IMG/VR virus record: IMGVR_UViG_3300044640_001869
Coordinates: 62,001-126,000 of that record
DNA length: 64,000 nt
Source: an uncultured virus (IMG/VR IMGVR_UViG_3300044640_001869)
Lineage: Duplodnaviria > Heunggongvirae > Uroviricota > Caudoviricetes
Reading direction: 5' to 3' (one strand)
Part shown: positions 50,628 to 59,566 of the stretch, piece by piece
Position numbering within the stretch: the first letter of the stretch is position 1
Layout of the letters: the number at the start of each line of letters is the position of its first letter
The notes under the pieces: model-generated
Database searches by the model: none
Seen by the model: the letters and a program-made list of their open reading frames with translations, nothing else
Told to the model about the DNA's origin: nothing
Program-made: the position numbers and the translations under genes

Positions 50628-50960
50628 TTAAATAAAACCGTTATGTGACCCCTTTCTTAATTCATCGGCCAATATGGTTATAGTATCTTTTACTATTGGG
50701 TGATTCTTATATGGTTTACCGAATACTAATAAAGTTCTTAATATCCCTCGATTAGTTTCGTTGGTATATTTCATCAGGTATTGGTTATATTTAGTCATTA
50801 CCTCATCGGATGGTGTTCCTGATTTCTCCCCCGTGAATGGTTCGAGATATTTTGATGCTCCTAATATTTCTATACAGTCTTCTGTTATATCGTGGAAAAC
50901 TTTCATATTATCGTTAGTTTCCTTGGAGAACATTGTCTTGTATTCGTATTCTTCTCTCAT
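50628..50960 (-). CDS. Hypothetical protein
   Basis: 110-aa ORF. Confidence 0.65.
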   Translation of the reverse strand: MREEYEYKTMFSKETNDNMKVFHDITEDCIEILGASKYLEPFTGEKSGTPSDEVMTKYNQYLMKYTNETNRGILRTLLVFGKPYKNHPIVKDTITILADELRKGSHNGFI

Positions 50961-50961
50961 C

Positions 50962-51153
50962 TTATTTTGAATTATTAATGATTAGTTCGTCAATTTCTTG
51001 AGCAGTTTGTGTTACCTTGAATCCACCATTGTTGTGTGTTGTAATACCAACAATTGTTACTTTATCAGAACTATTATAATAATGTCCGATTTGGTTAATA
51101 TTCATTCTAATTTCGTTACCCGCAACTGTTGTTAATTTTATAAACCCTTTCAT
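50962..51153 (-). CDS. Small protein, FlbD-like pattern
   Basis: FIKLT...NINQI...FKVTQTAQEIDELI. Confidence 0.55.
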   Translation of the reverse strand: MKGFIKLTTVAGNEIRMNINQIGHYYNSSDKVTIVGITTHNNGGFKVTQTAQEIDELIINNSK

Positions 51154-51179
51154 ATATCCTTCTGTTTTTTAGTGTAGAA

Positions 51180-51216
51180 CAAATATAATAAAAAAAGGGA
51201 TAACTTTCATTACCCC
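51180..51216 (-). promoter_or_regulatory. Promoter/stem-loop cassette
   Basis: CAAATATAATAAAAAAAGGGATAACTTTCATTACCCC, near-identical to 60876-60914. Confidence 0.7.
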
Positions 51217-51256
51217 ACGTTAATAGTTTTAAAATAATCGGCAATTGACTTTGATA

Positions 51257-51739
51257 CTACCATATACTCAGGACCTCTACGTAATGGTTGTAGATTATCA
51301 TATCATCTAACAGTCCTGAGTGTTTCCATTTTCTGTTAATATCATCCATATCAGAATAAGAGATTGGTTTTTTCTCTGATAGTTCGGGGATGTGTTTATA
51401 GAACCATTTAGTAAATATTGATTCTATTTTGGTATTATCAAATTGCATAACCCCTTTATAGAAATAGTTCCATATATAATCATCAACCGTTACAATATCT
51501 TGGTTATCTTCATAAATAAGGAATATATTCTTTTTTAAGTAATAGGTCCACGCTTTTTTAACATAACCACTAACATCCATTGGAACTAGGTTATCAATTA
51601 AGTAATCAAGATAAGATTCAGGATTATCAATATATGCTTGTCTGATAATATCTTTATTATTCCCGAATAAATTTATGGCTTTAGGTAGACCGTGAGTGTT
51701 AACGGTTTCTCTTACTTTATCTATTTGTTGTTGGTTCAT
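51257..51739 (-). CDS. Hypothetical protein, distant relative of PMDFLHLF family
   Basis: GLPKAINLFG, IYE...VDDYIW, IFTKWF. Confidence 0.65.
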   Translation of the reverse strand: MNQQQIDKVRETVNTHGLPKAINLFGNNKDIIRQAYIDNPESYLDYLIDNLVPMDVSGYVKKAWTYYLKKNIFLIYEDNQDIVTVDDYIWNYFYKGVMQFDNTKIESIFTKWFYKHIPELSEKKPISYSDMDDINRKWKHSGLLDDMIIYNHYVEVLSIW

Positions 51740-51921
51740 TATGGTAGATATGTTAAGGTATAATAAATCCCCATTGCAAATGAGTTAGATATTGCGATTA
51801 CTAATAACATTAACCACAGTTTTGGGTCTTGGTCAAATATATCGTAGTTACCATATAGTTTTTTAAACCTCATCAATCCGAAGATTGAGTATAATGTTGA
51901 AAGTATTGTTATTGTTATCAT
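51739..51921 (-). CDS. Small membrane protein
   Basis: Two TM. Confidence 0.6.
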   Translation of the reverse strand: MITITILSTLYSIFGLMRFKKLYGNYDIFDQDPKLWLMLLVIAISNSFAMGIYYTLTYLP

Positions 51922-52157
51922 TGTTTTTTATTTAGTTGTATTAATAATAAATCCACCCCTCTGATTGCACGTTCTGCAGCATCTTCAGGTGAGTAACCAT
52001 TTGTGATTAGTCCTGACATTATTTGTGTTGCCATATATTCTCTTTTGGTCATACCTTTATTAGGATAACCTGAACCTGTATGTAATGGGAATGCTAGTTG
52101 TTTCCCCACTTCCATTGCTTGTTCTTTGTTTAAGTTGTTTGCGTCTTCCTGTGTCAT
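51918..52157 (-). CDS. Conserved small phage protein (AFP...GMTKREY)
   Basis: AFP...GMTKREYMATQIMSGL...D.LL..L. Confidence 0.75.
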   Translation of the reverse strand: MTQEDANNLNKEQAMEVGKQLAFPLHTGSGYPNKGMTKREYMATQIMSGLITNGYSPEDAAERAIRGVDLLLIQLNKKQ

Positions 52158-52214
52158 AATTTCAGATGTATTTATTACTCTCGTTTATATTATAGGGGTA
52201 AGATTTACCCTCGT

Positions 52215-53292
52215 TTAATTTAATGTTTCTTCCACCTCATCTTCGCAGTCATCTAATAGGGACCACGTTGAGTCTACCTTACAATTTAGGGTATCTTCTA
52301 CCCTCAAGAAGCGTGTGTTTCTTCCACAAAAAGTTGAATCTACCTTACAATTTAGGGTATCTTCTACCCTTAAAGGAAGCGATGATTGAATATATGATGT
52401 TGAGAGTACCTTACAATTTAGGGTCTCTTCCACCTGTGTTCTATGTTTTCCGTTAAACCAATTTACCTCATCAACCTTACAATTGAGGACCTCTTCCACC
52501 AAAATTTCATCGTTTTGAAAAACCCCAAGTGTTGAATCTACCTTAAAATTTAGTGTATCTTCTACCACACCACGATTTTCATTTTCATCAAAATAAATTG
52601 AATCAACCTTACAATTTAGGGTCTCTTCCACAAGTAATTCATTCCCATCTTTGTACCATTGGGCTCTGTTTACTTTACAATTTAGGGTATCTTCCACATC
52701 CCTCGGAATAAATTTATTAATACTTACTGTTTTTACTACATTAAAATTTAGGGTCTCTTCCACCTCATCTTCGGTTAATTCTCTACCCGCCCATGTTGAG
52801 ACTACCTTACAATTTAGGGTATCTTCCACCCCCTGGGCAGAATCTCCGTAACCCATTCCCGTTGTGTCTACCTTACAATTTAGGGTATCTTCCACATCCC
52901 TCGGAATAAATTTATTAATACTTACTGTTTTTACTACATTAAAATTTAGGGTGTCTTCTACCCCAGAACGCTCCAAATCGAGAAGATACTGCGTTGAGAG
53001 TACCTTACAATTTAGGGTGTCTTGCACCCAGGGGTTAATTGTTCCAACCACTCCTTGAGTTGAGTCTACCTTACAATTTAGGGTGTCATCCACCGGAATT
53101 GGTAAATATGAATCTCTGGAAACTGTTGAGTCTACCTTACAATTTAGGGTCTCTTCCACCTCAAAACGAGGGGCATTCCCATATCTAAAAGTTGAGTCTA
53201 CCTTACAATTTAGGGTGTCTTGCACCGCGGTATTTTCATCTAAGTTGTGTAATTCAGTTCTACCTACCTTAGCATTTAGTTTATTTTCCACC
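52215..53292 (+). CRISPR. CRISPR-like array (36-bp repeat / 30-bp spacer) embedded in an ORF; no cas genes in window
   Basis: 16 repeats starting at 52267 every 66 bp to 53257, plus partial 52215-36; consensus GTTGAGTCTACCTTACAATTTAGGGTNTCTTCCACC; 16 spacers of 30 bp; repeats degenerate. Confidence 0.55.
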
Positions 53293-53537
53293 CATTCAGA
53301 GATTAATTCCTGAAACACCTCACTAGTCATTGCTAGCAAACTTGTAATCTTTTTGAAGTAATCATATCTCCACCACAGGTAATTGGTTTCAATTTTATAT
53401 TCAAGGAACCAATATTTTCTTTCTCGGTTAACAAACCAAATCCCTTTTGTGTTTGGGTTATATATAATCTCACATTGATTGAGTTCTTTCTCAATACGTT
53501 TATAAAACCCCTCTTTATATTTTTCGGTATAATTCAT
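52215..53537 (-). CDS. Protein with N-terminal domain and 16-17 22-aa repeats (VEDTLNCKVDST + variable 10 aa)
   Basis: 440-aa uninterrupted ORF, ATGA-coupled to upstream gene. Confidence 0.8.
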   Translation of the reverse strand: MNYTEKYKEGFYKRIEKELNQCEIIYNPNTKGIWFVNRERKYWFLEYKIETNYLWWRYDYFKKITSLLAMTSEVFQELISEWVENKLNAKVGRTELHNLDENTAVQDTLNCKVDSTFRYGNAPRFEVEETLNCKVDSTVSRDSYLPIPVDDTLNCKVDSTQGVVGTINPWVQDTLNCKVLSTQYLLDLERSGVEDTLNFNVVKTVSINKFIPRDVEDTLNCKVDTTGMGYGDSAQGVEDTLNCKVVSTWAGRELTEDEVEETLNFNVVKTVSINKFIPRDVEDTLNCKVNRAQWYKDGNELLVEETLNCKVDSIYFDENENRGVVEDTLNFKVDSTLGVFQNDEILVEEVLNCKVDEVNWFNGKHRTQVEETLNCKVLSTSYIQSSLPLRVEDTLNCKVDSTFCGRNTRFLRVEDTLNCKVDSTWSLLDDCEDEVEETLN

Positions 53538-53803
53538 AATCCGTTAGTGATTTTCACATTTAATAATTCTACATTAAACTCATTAACTAATGATAGTAAA
53601 ACCTCATCAGTCTTAGCCAATTTCGATAATTTACCCCAAGTTGTTTTGGAGAATTCTTTACCGAATTTCCCCAATATATTATTCGGTGACCCGAAAGATT
53701 TATCAGGATAGTTAGTCATTACGTATAATTCAATTTTATCTTCTATGTCTCCAAGTTTCATAGCTTGTCCGTAATTCAATACCATTCCTTTGGTCATACT
53801 CAT
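53534..53803 (-). CDS. Hypothetical protein
   Basis: 89-aa ORF coupled to neighbours. Confidence 0.65.
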   Translation of the reverse strand: MSMTKGMVLNYGQAMKLGDIEDKIELYVMTNYPDKSFGSPNNILGKFGKEFSKTTWGKLSKLAKTDEVLLSLVNEFNVELLNVKITNGL

Positions 53804-54021
53804 AATAGTTTTTTAAATGATTCTACAATATAACAAAAAAACATAATAAACACAAATACAAATGACGTGATTATTGCAAATGGTGGTATGAACAATATAA
53901 TCTTAACTATTTTATTTAAATCACCGTCACCCCAATCATCCATTAAGGAATTAAACACTACTGTATTAGCAAGTAACACTGATAAGAACGCCAAAATAAT
54001 TGAGATAATAATCATAACCAT
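53800..54021 (-). CDS. Small membrane protein
   Basis: Two TM; start moved to ATG 54021. Confidence 0.6.
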   Translation of the reverse strand: MVMIIISIILAFLSVLLANTVVFNSLMDDWGDGDLNKIVKIILFIPPFAIITSFVFVFIMFFCYIVESFKKLL

Positions 54022-54039
54022 AGTTTTTATTTGTTTCTT

Positions 54040-54077
54040 CAAATATAATAAAAAAACCCCAACTTATCATTGGGGTT
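54040..54077 (-). promoter_or_regulatory. Promoter/stem-loop cassette
   Basis: CAAATATAATAAAAAAACCCCAACT...TTGGGGTT. Confidence 0.7.
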
Positions 54078-54082
54078 GTTAA

Positions 54083-55381
54083 TTATTTCTTTCTTGTTGG
54101 TATAAGACATAATTCATCAAATTCATCTTTTTGGATTTTCCAATCAAATTTATTATCTAAATAAAATGATTTATAACTAAACAAACCAAAAACTCTTTTA
54201 CCAATAAGTTGTCGCTCATTTAATTTATATCCGTCACCTAATAAATTATCAAAATTAATACTACCATCATCTTGTTTGAGGTATTTTGACAATATTGATT
54301 TTTGTTTATCATTTGAAGCAAAAAACATTTCATTAACTTCTTCTTTTGTTAAATCAATATAATTTTCTAATGGATTTCTATATCCAAAACTCTTCAATTT
54401 ACCTTGCCATTCGTCACAAGCGACCGAATATATTTCTTTTAATCCTTCTCTTGATAATTTTTGTGTTTCCATATTTTTCTCTTCTTTAATAATTTCAGCC
54501 CATTTTCCATTTGCATATATAAATCCAAAACCTCCTTCAATACAACTACTTCCATATTTGGGGAACATATTAATTTCTTTAATGAATTTATAAGGAACCC
54601 CATTTGAATTTAATGGAATGTATTTTGTCCCAATCGGGTAATGTTTTTTGGTGTGATATATTCTACCTTCAAGGGTTGTTAAATCAAATTCTTCTCCTTT
54701 AATAATTTCAGCCCATTTTCCATTTGCGTATATATAACCTTCCCCACCTTCTAACATCCCTTCTAACATCCCTTCAGGATGTAATCTGATATCATAATTA
54801 ATGGACCTAATATTATGTACCCCCCAACTTTTACCTGTACTATATAATGGAATATATTTTGTTCCAATTGGATAATGTTGTCTTGCGTAAGCCAATCTTC
54901 CTTCAATGGTTGTTAAATCAAATTCTTTATCCATCTTAACTGTTAATTGAGATTCTTTTGAAAATTGTTCCCCACCATTTATATGTTGTTGTGATTCCAT
55001 ATAATCAATATGATTAATCATATCATCAATATGGATTTCCGTTCCGAATGGTATTTTAATGCCCCACCCTTCATCATTAATAACACCATAATAAGGTCTA
55101 TCAGAATTGAATATCCGACCACAAAAATCGGTATTATAATTTTTATTCAACCATTGAATATATTTCCCCCATTTAATTCCATCATCGCAGCTTTTAACAC
55201 AGAATGATTCAGGTAGTTCGGTGATGACAACATCATCATTAAATAAACAATGGTTACCATTCTTTCCTGTAAAACACCTTTTAGGTAATCTAATGTCATA
55301 ATAAACATCAATAATCTGATTATTTAAATATCTGTTATACCAAGTTGATTTATTATTTGAACTTAATATTTTAACTTTCAT
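54083..55381 (-). CDS. Multi-domain hypothetical protein with internal duplication
   Basis: EFDLTT.EGR...HYPIGTKYIPL...IYANGKWAEIIK twice; start at MKVKILS. Confidence 0.75.
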   Translation of the reverse strand: MKVKILSSNNKSTWYNRYLNNQIIDVYYDIRLPKRCFTGKNGNHCLFNDDVVITELPESFCVKSCDDGIKWGKYIQWLNKNYNTDFCGRIFNSDRPYYGVINDEGWGIKIPFGTEIHIDDMINHIDYMESQQHINGGEQFSKESQLTVKMDKEFDLTTIEGRLAYARQHYPIGTKYIPLYSTGKSWGVHNIRSINYDIRLHPEGMLEGMLEGGEGYIYANGKWAEIIKGEEFDLTTLEGRIYHTKKHYPIGTKYIPLNSNGVPYKFIKEINMFPKYGSSCIEGGFGFIYANGKWAEIIKEEKNMETQKLSREGLKEIYSVACDEWQGKLKSFGYRNPLENYIDLTKEEVNEMFFASNDKQKSILSKYLKQDDGSINFDNLLGDGYKLNERQLIGKRVFGLFSYKSFYLDNKFDWKIQKDEFDELCLIPTRKK

Positions 55382-55677
55382 ATTATATTTTTTGTTAGGA
55401 TTAAACAACCATCTTCATCTAATGCGGGTATAATATCACAGGAACATTCTTTTTCAGGTTCAGTACAACCATCAGGTAACCCACAAGACATAACAACCCA
55501 AACATCCCATCCATCCAAATCATTTTTAGGAACATCACGTTCAATATCTTCGCAGTTATGTAGTGATAGTTTATATTTAACTAAATCAAAATTTAATAAC
55601 GGTCTTGTTGTCCCTAGTATAACTGTGTTAACAAACACGTAATAACCTTCTTCTTCTTTATATAAAATCCCCTTCAT
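55378..55677 (-). CDS. Hypothetical protein (paralog of 55674 gene)
   Basis: LSL.NC..IE...WDV...PALDEDGCLIL. Confidence 0.7.
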   Translation of the reverse strand: MKGILYKEEEGYYVFVNTVILGTTRPLLNFDLVKYKLSLHNCEDIERDVPKNDLDGWDVWVVMSCGLPDGCTEPEKECSCDIIPALDEDGCLILTKNII

Positions 55678-56183
55678 ATTCTTCTCAGGATTAAACAACC
55701 ATTTTCATCTAAAGCAGGCTCAGGAACTGCATAAACTTTATCACCACAAATATCCATTACAATCTCAACATCCCATTCAGTTTGTTGTAGTGATTGGATA
55801 TGTGTATTATACTCGTTTCTTGAGATTGCATTGTCTAAATTAAACCCAAGTTGGAACATGAATTTTACATCCTCCTCACTAAACTTCTTATCACTAAGAA
55901 TTTCAAGTGCTTTTTTGAAACCCCATTCAGCACCATTTGCGTTACTTTTTTTAATCATTGAATTAATTGATTCATTAGTGGTTGGTCCATCACCCAATTC
56001 ACATTCAAAATCTTCATCAGCAAGTTTCCTTATTTCATCCAAATCATAACCATTCTCAATAGCTTGACAGTTTTTGAGTGATAACATTCTACCCACCATT
56101 GTTCCTGATGTAATTCCTAACACAGTTTTGTCTTTGGAATATAATATGTAATCGTTTCCTGTCTTAACTAATTTCTCTGTCAT
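55674..56183 (-). CDS. Hypothetical protein
   Basis: LSLKNCQAIE...EWDVEI...PALDENGCLIL. Confidence 0.75.
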   Translation of the reverse strand: MTEKLVKTGNDYILYSKDKTVLGITSGTMVGRMLSLKNCQAIENGYDLDEIRKLADEDFECELGDGPTTNESINSMIKKSNANGAEWGFKKALEILSDKKFSEEDVKFMFQLGFNLDNAISRNEYNTHIQSLQQTEWDVEIVMDICGDKVYAVPEPALDENGCLILRRI

Positions 56184-56184
56184 A

Positions 56185-56565
56185 TTATTTCTTTTTAACT
56201 AATTCAATTAATTTATCAATTGATGCGGATTCGGCGTCACCCCAACTATCAAACCTATTAGGAAATTCGTGGGTGATTCTATCATCAGATAACGTCCACT
56301 CAACTATTTTAACTTCATAATCATCTAAATAATCTTCAATAACCACCGTTAATCTATAACCCCTGAAAAATTCAAACACTTGTGAACGGAGTGGTGCGAT
56401 ACACGCGTTATTTTTATCACCGAATTGAGTATTAAGGTGTCCTGAGTAAATATTTATAACCCATTCATCACTTTGTTTTGTATCGTATTTACCCATACAA
56501 GGTTCATCGAAGCCTAACTCTTTCAAAGCTAATGATTGTTCGTATGTTACAAAATGTTTTTCCAT
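56185..56565 (-). CDS. Conserved phage protein (FVTYEQ..ALKE family)
   Basis: Paralog of 60464 gene. Confidence 0.75.
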   Translation of the reverse strand: MEKHFVTYEQSLALKELGFDEPCMGKYDTKQSDEWVINIYSGHLNTQFGDKNNACIAPLRSQVFEFFRGYRLTVVIEDYLDDYEVKIVEWTLSDDRITHEFPNRFDSWGDAESASIDKLIELVKKK

Positions 56566-56573
56566 ATCTCAAT

Positions 56574-56623
56574 TTGTTTCTTCAAATATAATTAAAAAAC
56601 CCCAACTTTAACAGATGAGGTTT
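56574..56623 (-). promoter_or_regulatory. Promoter/stem-loop cassette
   Basis: TTGTTTCTTCAAATATAAT shared with 54031; AAAAAACCCCAACTTTAACAGATG shared with 59316. Confidence 0.7.
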
Positions 56624-56643
56624 CATTTCTTTTTATATTAATT

Positions 56644-57336
56644 TTACTTGATTGGGTTATGTTTATTATTAACATACGACATTTCTTTATGCACATCATT
56701 ACGGTATAACGAACTTATTTGATTTTTGTGAATTCGATTACAGATTAAGACATCATTAATTACTACAGGTAACCCATATTTTATATAAAGTTGATAATAC
56801 ATTTCACAATCCATCAACATAACTAAATTCTCATCAAATAAACAATCACAATCTTTTTTAAATGACAATACTGACGGTGAACTTATTGTATTAACACCTG
56901 AAAGAATATTTTCATTCCAATGAGGTATCATATCACCAGAACATACCACACCATCGTGAGTTTGAGTACTACCGTTAACCACCCAACCACAATTATCATT
57001 ATTAAATGATTGAACAATCTTATCTAATGAGTTGTCATTTACAAAAAAATCATCTTGAAACATTATTTTAATAATGTCACCGTCAGAATTTTTAATGGCG
57101 TTATTTGTGTTATGAGGACCATTCCCTAATTTATCATTGTTTTTAATATAAATAATTTCAAATTTATCCCTATATTCATTACAAAGGACTTCAATTACGT
57201 TAGTTATACTATGGTCGGAGATTACGACATTAAAATTTCTATAACTTTGTTTATTAATACTTTCAAATAATTGAGTTAAAAACTCAACACCTTCACCATA
57301 ATATTCATAAGTTGGTATACAAATAGATATTTTCAT
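56644..57336 (-). CDS. Family 2 glycosyltransferase
   Basis: ISICIPTY, VVISDHS, NNAIKNSDG..I..MFQDDF. Confidence 0.85.
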   Translation of the reverse strand: MKISICIPTYEYYGEGVEFLTQLFESINKQSYRNFNVVISDHSITNVIEVLCNEYRDKFEIIYIKNNDKLGNGPHNTNNAIKNSDGDIIKIMFQDDFFVNDNSLDKIVQSFNNDNCGWVVNGSTQTHDGVVCSGDMIPHWNENILSGVNTISSPSVLSFKKDCDCLFDENLVMLMDCEMYYQLYIKYGLPVVINDVLICNRIHKNQISSLYRNDVHKEMSYVNNKHNPIK

Positions 57337-57416
57337 AATTAAACATTTATTAATATATATTTTAGAATATTATTTATTTTTATATTCTTCAAACCAAACA
57401 TTGAAGTTTGCCGTTC

Positions 57417-57632
57417 TTATAATTCTTCATCGTAATTAAATGTTGTCCAATTATTAATACAATCTTGTTTATCCCACCCTTGTAGGTCCATAAAGATTGG
57501 TTCACCTTCATCAGTTCTAATAACAATCCAATCTTCACCTTCGGCTTCAATAATACTACCTGTTAAGTCATATCTTCTACCTGCGAAACCATTACAGAAG
57601 AAGTCCTTAATTTCTTTACCGATATTACTCAT
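57417..57632 (-). CDS. Small hypothetical protein
   Basis: FCNGFAGRRYD...IEAEGEDWIVIR. Confidence 0.7.
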   Translation of the reverse strand: MSNIGKEIKDFFCNGFAGRRYDLTGSIIEAEGEDWIVIRTDEGEPIFMDLQGWDKQDCINNWTTFNYDEEL

Positions 57633-57852
57633 CGTTTTTTTCTATTTTAATTGTTTGATAGAACTTTGGGTTAATTGCTTTTTTTGAATACAGGTGAGCG
57701 TTCTTCAAATATTTTGGTTTAATGAAAAAATGCTTAATCTTCAATAGAAGATTCTTCCATTTATTATCATACCAAACAGTTTCCCCATTAATATCCGTTC
57801 TTACTATTTTGGTTATATAAGGTAACCAAACATATCCTTTTTCTTTACTCAT
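57625..57852 (-). CDS. Small hypothetical protein
   Basis: Coupled ORF. Confidence 0.65.
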   Translation of the reverse strand: MSKEKGYVWLPYITKIVRTDINGETVWYDNKWKNLLLKIKHFFIKPKYLKNAHLYSKKAINPKFYQTIKIEKNDE

Positions 57853-58157
57853 AGTCTTTTAGATTTATTTTTAGACCACCAACTAAATTCGGAATAATTC
57901 CACCAACCTATTGGTTTAGCATAAACAAATTGTCTTTTAAAAATATCCCATTTCCTTTTGCTCGCATTTTTTTTGGGGACCTCACCTGTTGCTGGAATGG
58001 AATAACATTCGTGATTATCACATTTCGGATAATGAGTGTGGGAATGACTTGAAATACAATGACAGTTCACACAAAACCAATTGGCTTTCATATGTTGACC
58101 ATTAGATTGAACATTAACTGTCCCACTAATTTCTAACTTACTAAATTTCCTTCCCAT
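57849..58157 (-). CDS. Small Cys/His-rich protein
   Basis: CVNC...PKC; PKKNASKRKW. Confidence 0.65.
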   Translation of the reverse strand: MGRKFSKLEISGTVNVQSNGQHMKANWFCVNCHCISSHSHTHYPKCDNHECYSIPATGEVPKKNASKRKWDIFKRQFVYAKPIGWWNYSEFSWWSKNKSKRL

Positions 58158-58338
58158 ATTTCTCACTAGCTTTTAATGCACTTGAAAGATAATCCCAAGC
58201 ACCATCATTAACTTCTTTACCATTAACAGACATTACCGTGTATGCCCATTCATTATAGTGATTTTGTTCGTGAATAACAACATTATCACCTTTATCATTT
58301 TTCAGATGTAGTTTTTTATATGATACGTGTTTACCCAT
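58141..58338 (-). CDS. Small hypothetical protein
   Basis: Coupled ORF. Confidence 0.6.
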   Translation of the reverse strand: MGKHVSYKKLHLKNDKGDNVVIHEQNHYNEWAYTVMSVNGKEVNDGAWDYLSSALKASEKYGKEI

Positions 58339-58339
58339 C

Positions 58340-58549
58340 TTATAAGTCGTTGTAATCAGTTAATGTAATACTTGTCCCGTCAACACATCTAACCTCAGCA
58401 ATATCACCAAGACTTGTTGGTGTGAAGCACACAGTATAACCACCACCGATTGCCGTTGATTTTAATTGTTTCTCTTTCGCCCATTCCGAGAATTTTTTAA
58501 CTTGTTCTGCGGATAAGGTGAATGTCATTTCTTTATATTCTTTATTCAT
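58340..58549 (-). CDS. Conserved small phage protein
   Basis: TAIGGGYTVCFTPTSLG...LTDY. Confidence 0.7.
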   Translation of the reverse strand: MNKEYKEMTFTLSAEQVKKFSEWAKEKQLKSTAIGGGYTVCFTPTSLGDIAEVRCVDGTSITLTDYNDL

Positions 58550-58805
58550 AAATCAAATTTTCTTCTCGTTCATACCATTCCTCACCATTCTCATCTTCAA
58601 AAAAGTAGATATACTCAGCACGTCTAAACCCTACTTCAGTTACGGTTATCACATTACCTTCGCGTGTTTTAACAACGTCACCTTTGTAATATAATGGTAA
58701 TAATACATTGTCAGGTATTAAATCTAATATCTCACCAACTTTATCGGAATTACCAAGTAGTTCCCTTAACTTTCGTTCAAAACCCATTGTATTTTCGTTT
58801 TCCAT
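58542..58805 (-). CDS. Small hypothetical protein
   Basis: YKGDVV SH3-like tail; start at MENEN. Confidence 0.6.
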   Translation of the reverse strand: MENENTMGFERKLRELLGNSDKVGEILDLIPDNVLLPLYYKGDVVKTREGNVITVTEVGFRRAEYIYFFEDENGEEWYEREENLIYE

Positions 58806-58895
58806 AATATCTTTTATAAGAACCAAGTTATAATATACAATATTACTAATGGTGAGATTATAATCAAAGCAATCTTCGTTATTAATTTATTCATA

Positions 58896-59096
58896 TCAAT
58901 ATTTAATTACTTGGTCTCTTAAATAAACATTACTAATTTCCATCCCGATAATATTCGTACCAACACCAAGATGAACTTGTTTACCATCTATTTTGGTAAT
59001 CTTACCTGAATCTTCAACTGAACCTGTAATTCGGTTAATTACTTTAACATAATCACCTACTTTGATGTCTCTCCCGTTTTTATCTGTCGTTTCCAT
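58896..59096 (-). CDS. Small SH3/KOW-like protein
   Basis: DKNGRDIKVGDYVKV; TATATTTG 59101-08. Confidence 0.65.
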   Translation of the reverse strand: METTDKNGRDIKVGDYVKVINRITGSVEDSGKITKIDGKQVHLGVGTNIIGMEISNVYLRDQVIKY

Positions 59097-59114
59097 AAAT
59101 CAAATATAATAAAC

Positions 59115-59285
59115 TTAATTTGTTTCAGTATGTGTTCTTTCTTGTTGGTCAACTTTAAGTGCTTGTAACTTTTTCATAATTAAATCGTTAGCACTTTCTG
59201 GCATCCCTTTACCTGTCACAAAGATTGTTTCGATTTCATCAATAATCTGTAATTTTTCTTCGATAGTCAATAATCTGTTCATCAT
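59115..59285 (-). CDS. Small hypothetical protein (56 aa, not in ORF track)
   Basis: MMNRLLTIEEKLQIIDEIE...; follows promoter cassette. Confidence 0.55.
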   Translation of the reverse strand: MMNRLLTIEEKLQIIDEIETIFVTGKGMPESANDLIMKKLQALKVDQQERTHTETN

Positions 59286-59304
59286 ATTTCGTTTTAGTGT
59301 TCAT

Positions 59305-59343
59305 CAAATATAATAAAAAAACCCCAACTTTAACAGATGGGGT
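59305..59343 (-). promoter_or_regulatory. Promoter/stem-loop cassette
   Basis: CAAATATAATAAAAAAACCCCAACTTTAACAGATGGGGT. Confidence 0.7.
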
Positions 59344-59349
59344 GTGAAA

Positions 59350-59565
59350 TTAATCTTCAAGTTCTAATTCTGACGCTTCATCACATTCACTACAATCAGT
59401 CGCTTCAATTTTATAATAAGGTTTACCATATTTGGTTAAAGTATCTAAAATCAATACTCGATTATTATATAACTTATATTTTGTTACATCACCAATATCG
59501 TGTTTGAACTTACTATTACAGGAGAATAATATTCCCACTAACATTATTACAACTAATTTTCTCAT
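59350..59565 (-). CDS. Small lipoprotein
   Basis: MRKLVVIMLVGILFS-C lipobox. Confidence 0.7.
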   Translation of the reverse strand: MRKLVVIMLVGILFSCNSKFKHDIGDVTKYKLYNNRVLILDTLTKYGKPYYKIEATDCSECDEASELELED

Positions 59566-59566
59566 A

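Noticed and set aside
52223..53313. Plus-strand ORFs over the array (TLQFRVSST repeats)
   Set aside because: Antisense shadows broken by stops; the continuous, coupled ORF is on the minus strand.
52215..53537. Diversity-generating retroelement explanation for variable segments
   Set aside because: No reverse transcriptase or template/variable repeat pair in the window, and differences are not adenine-specific.
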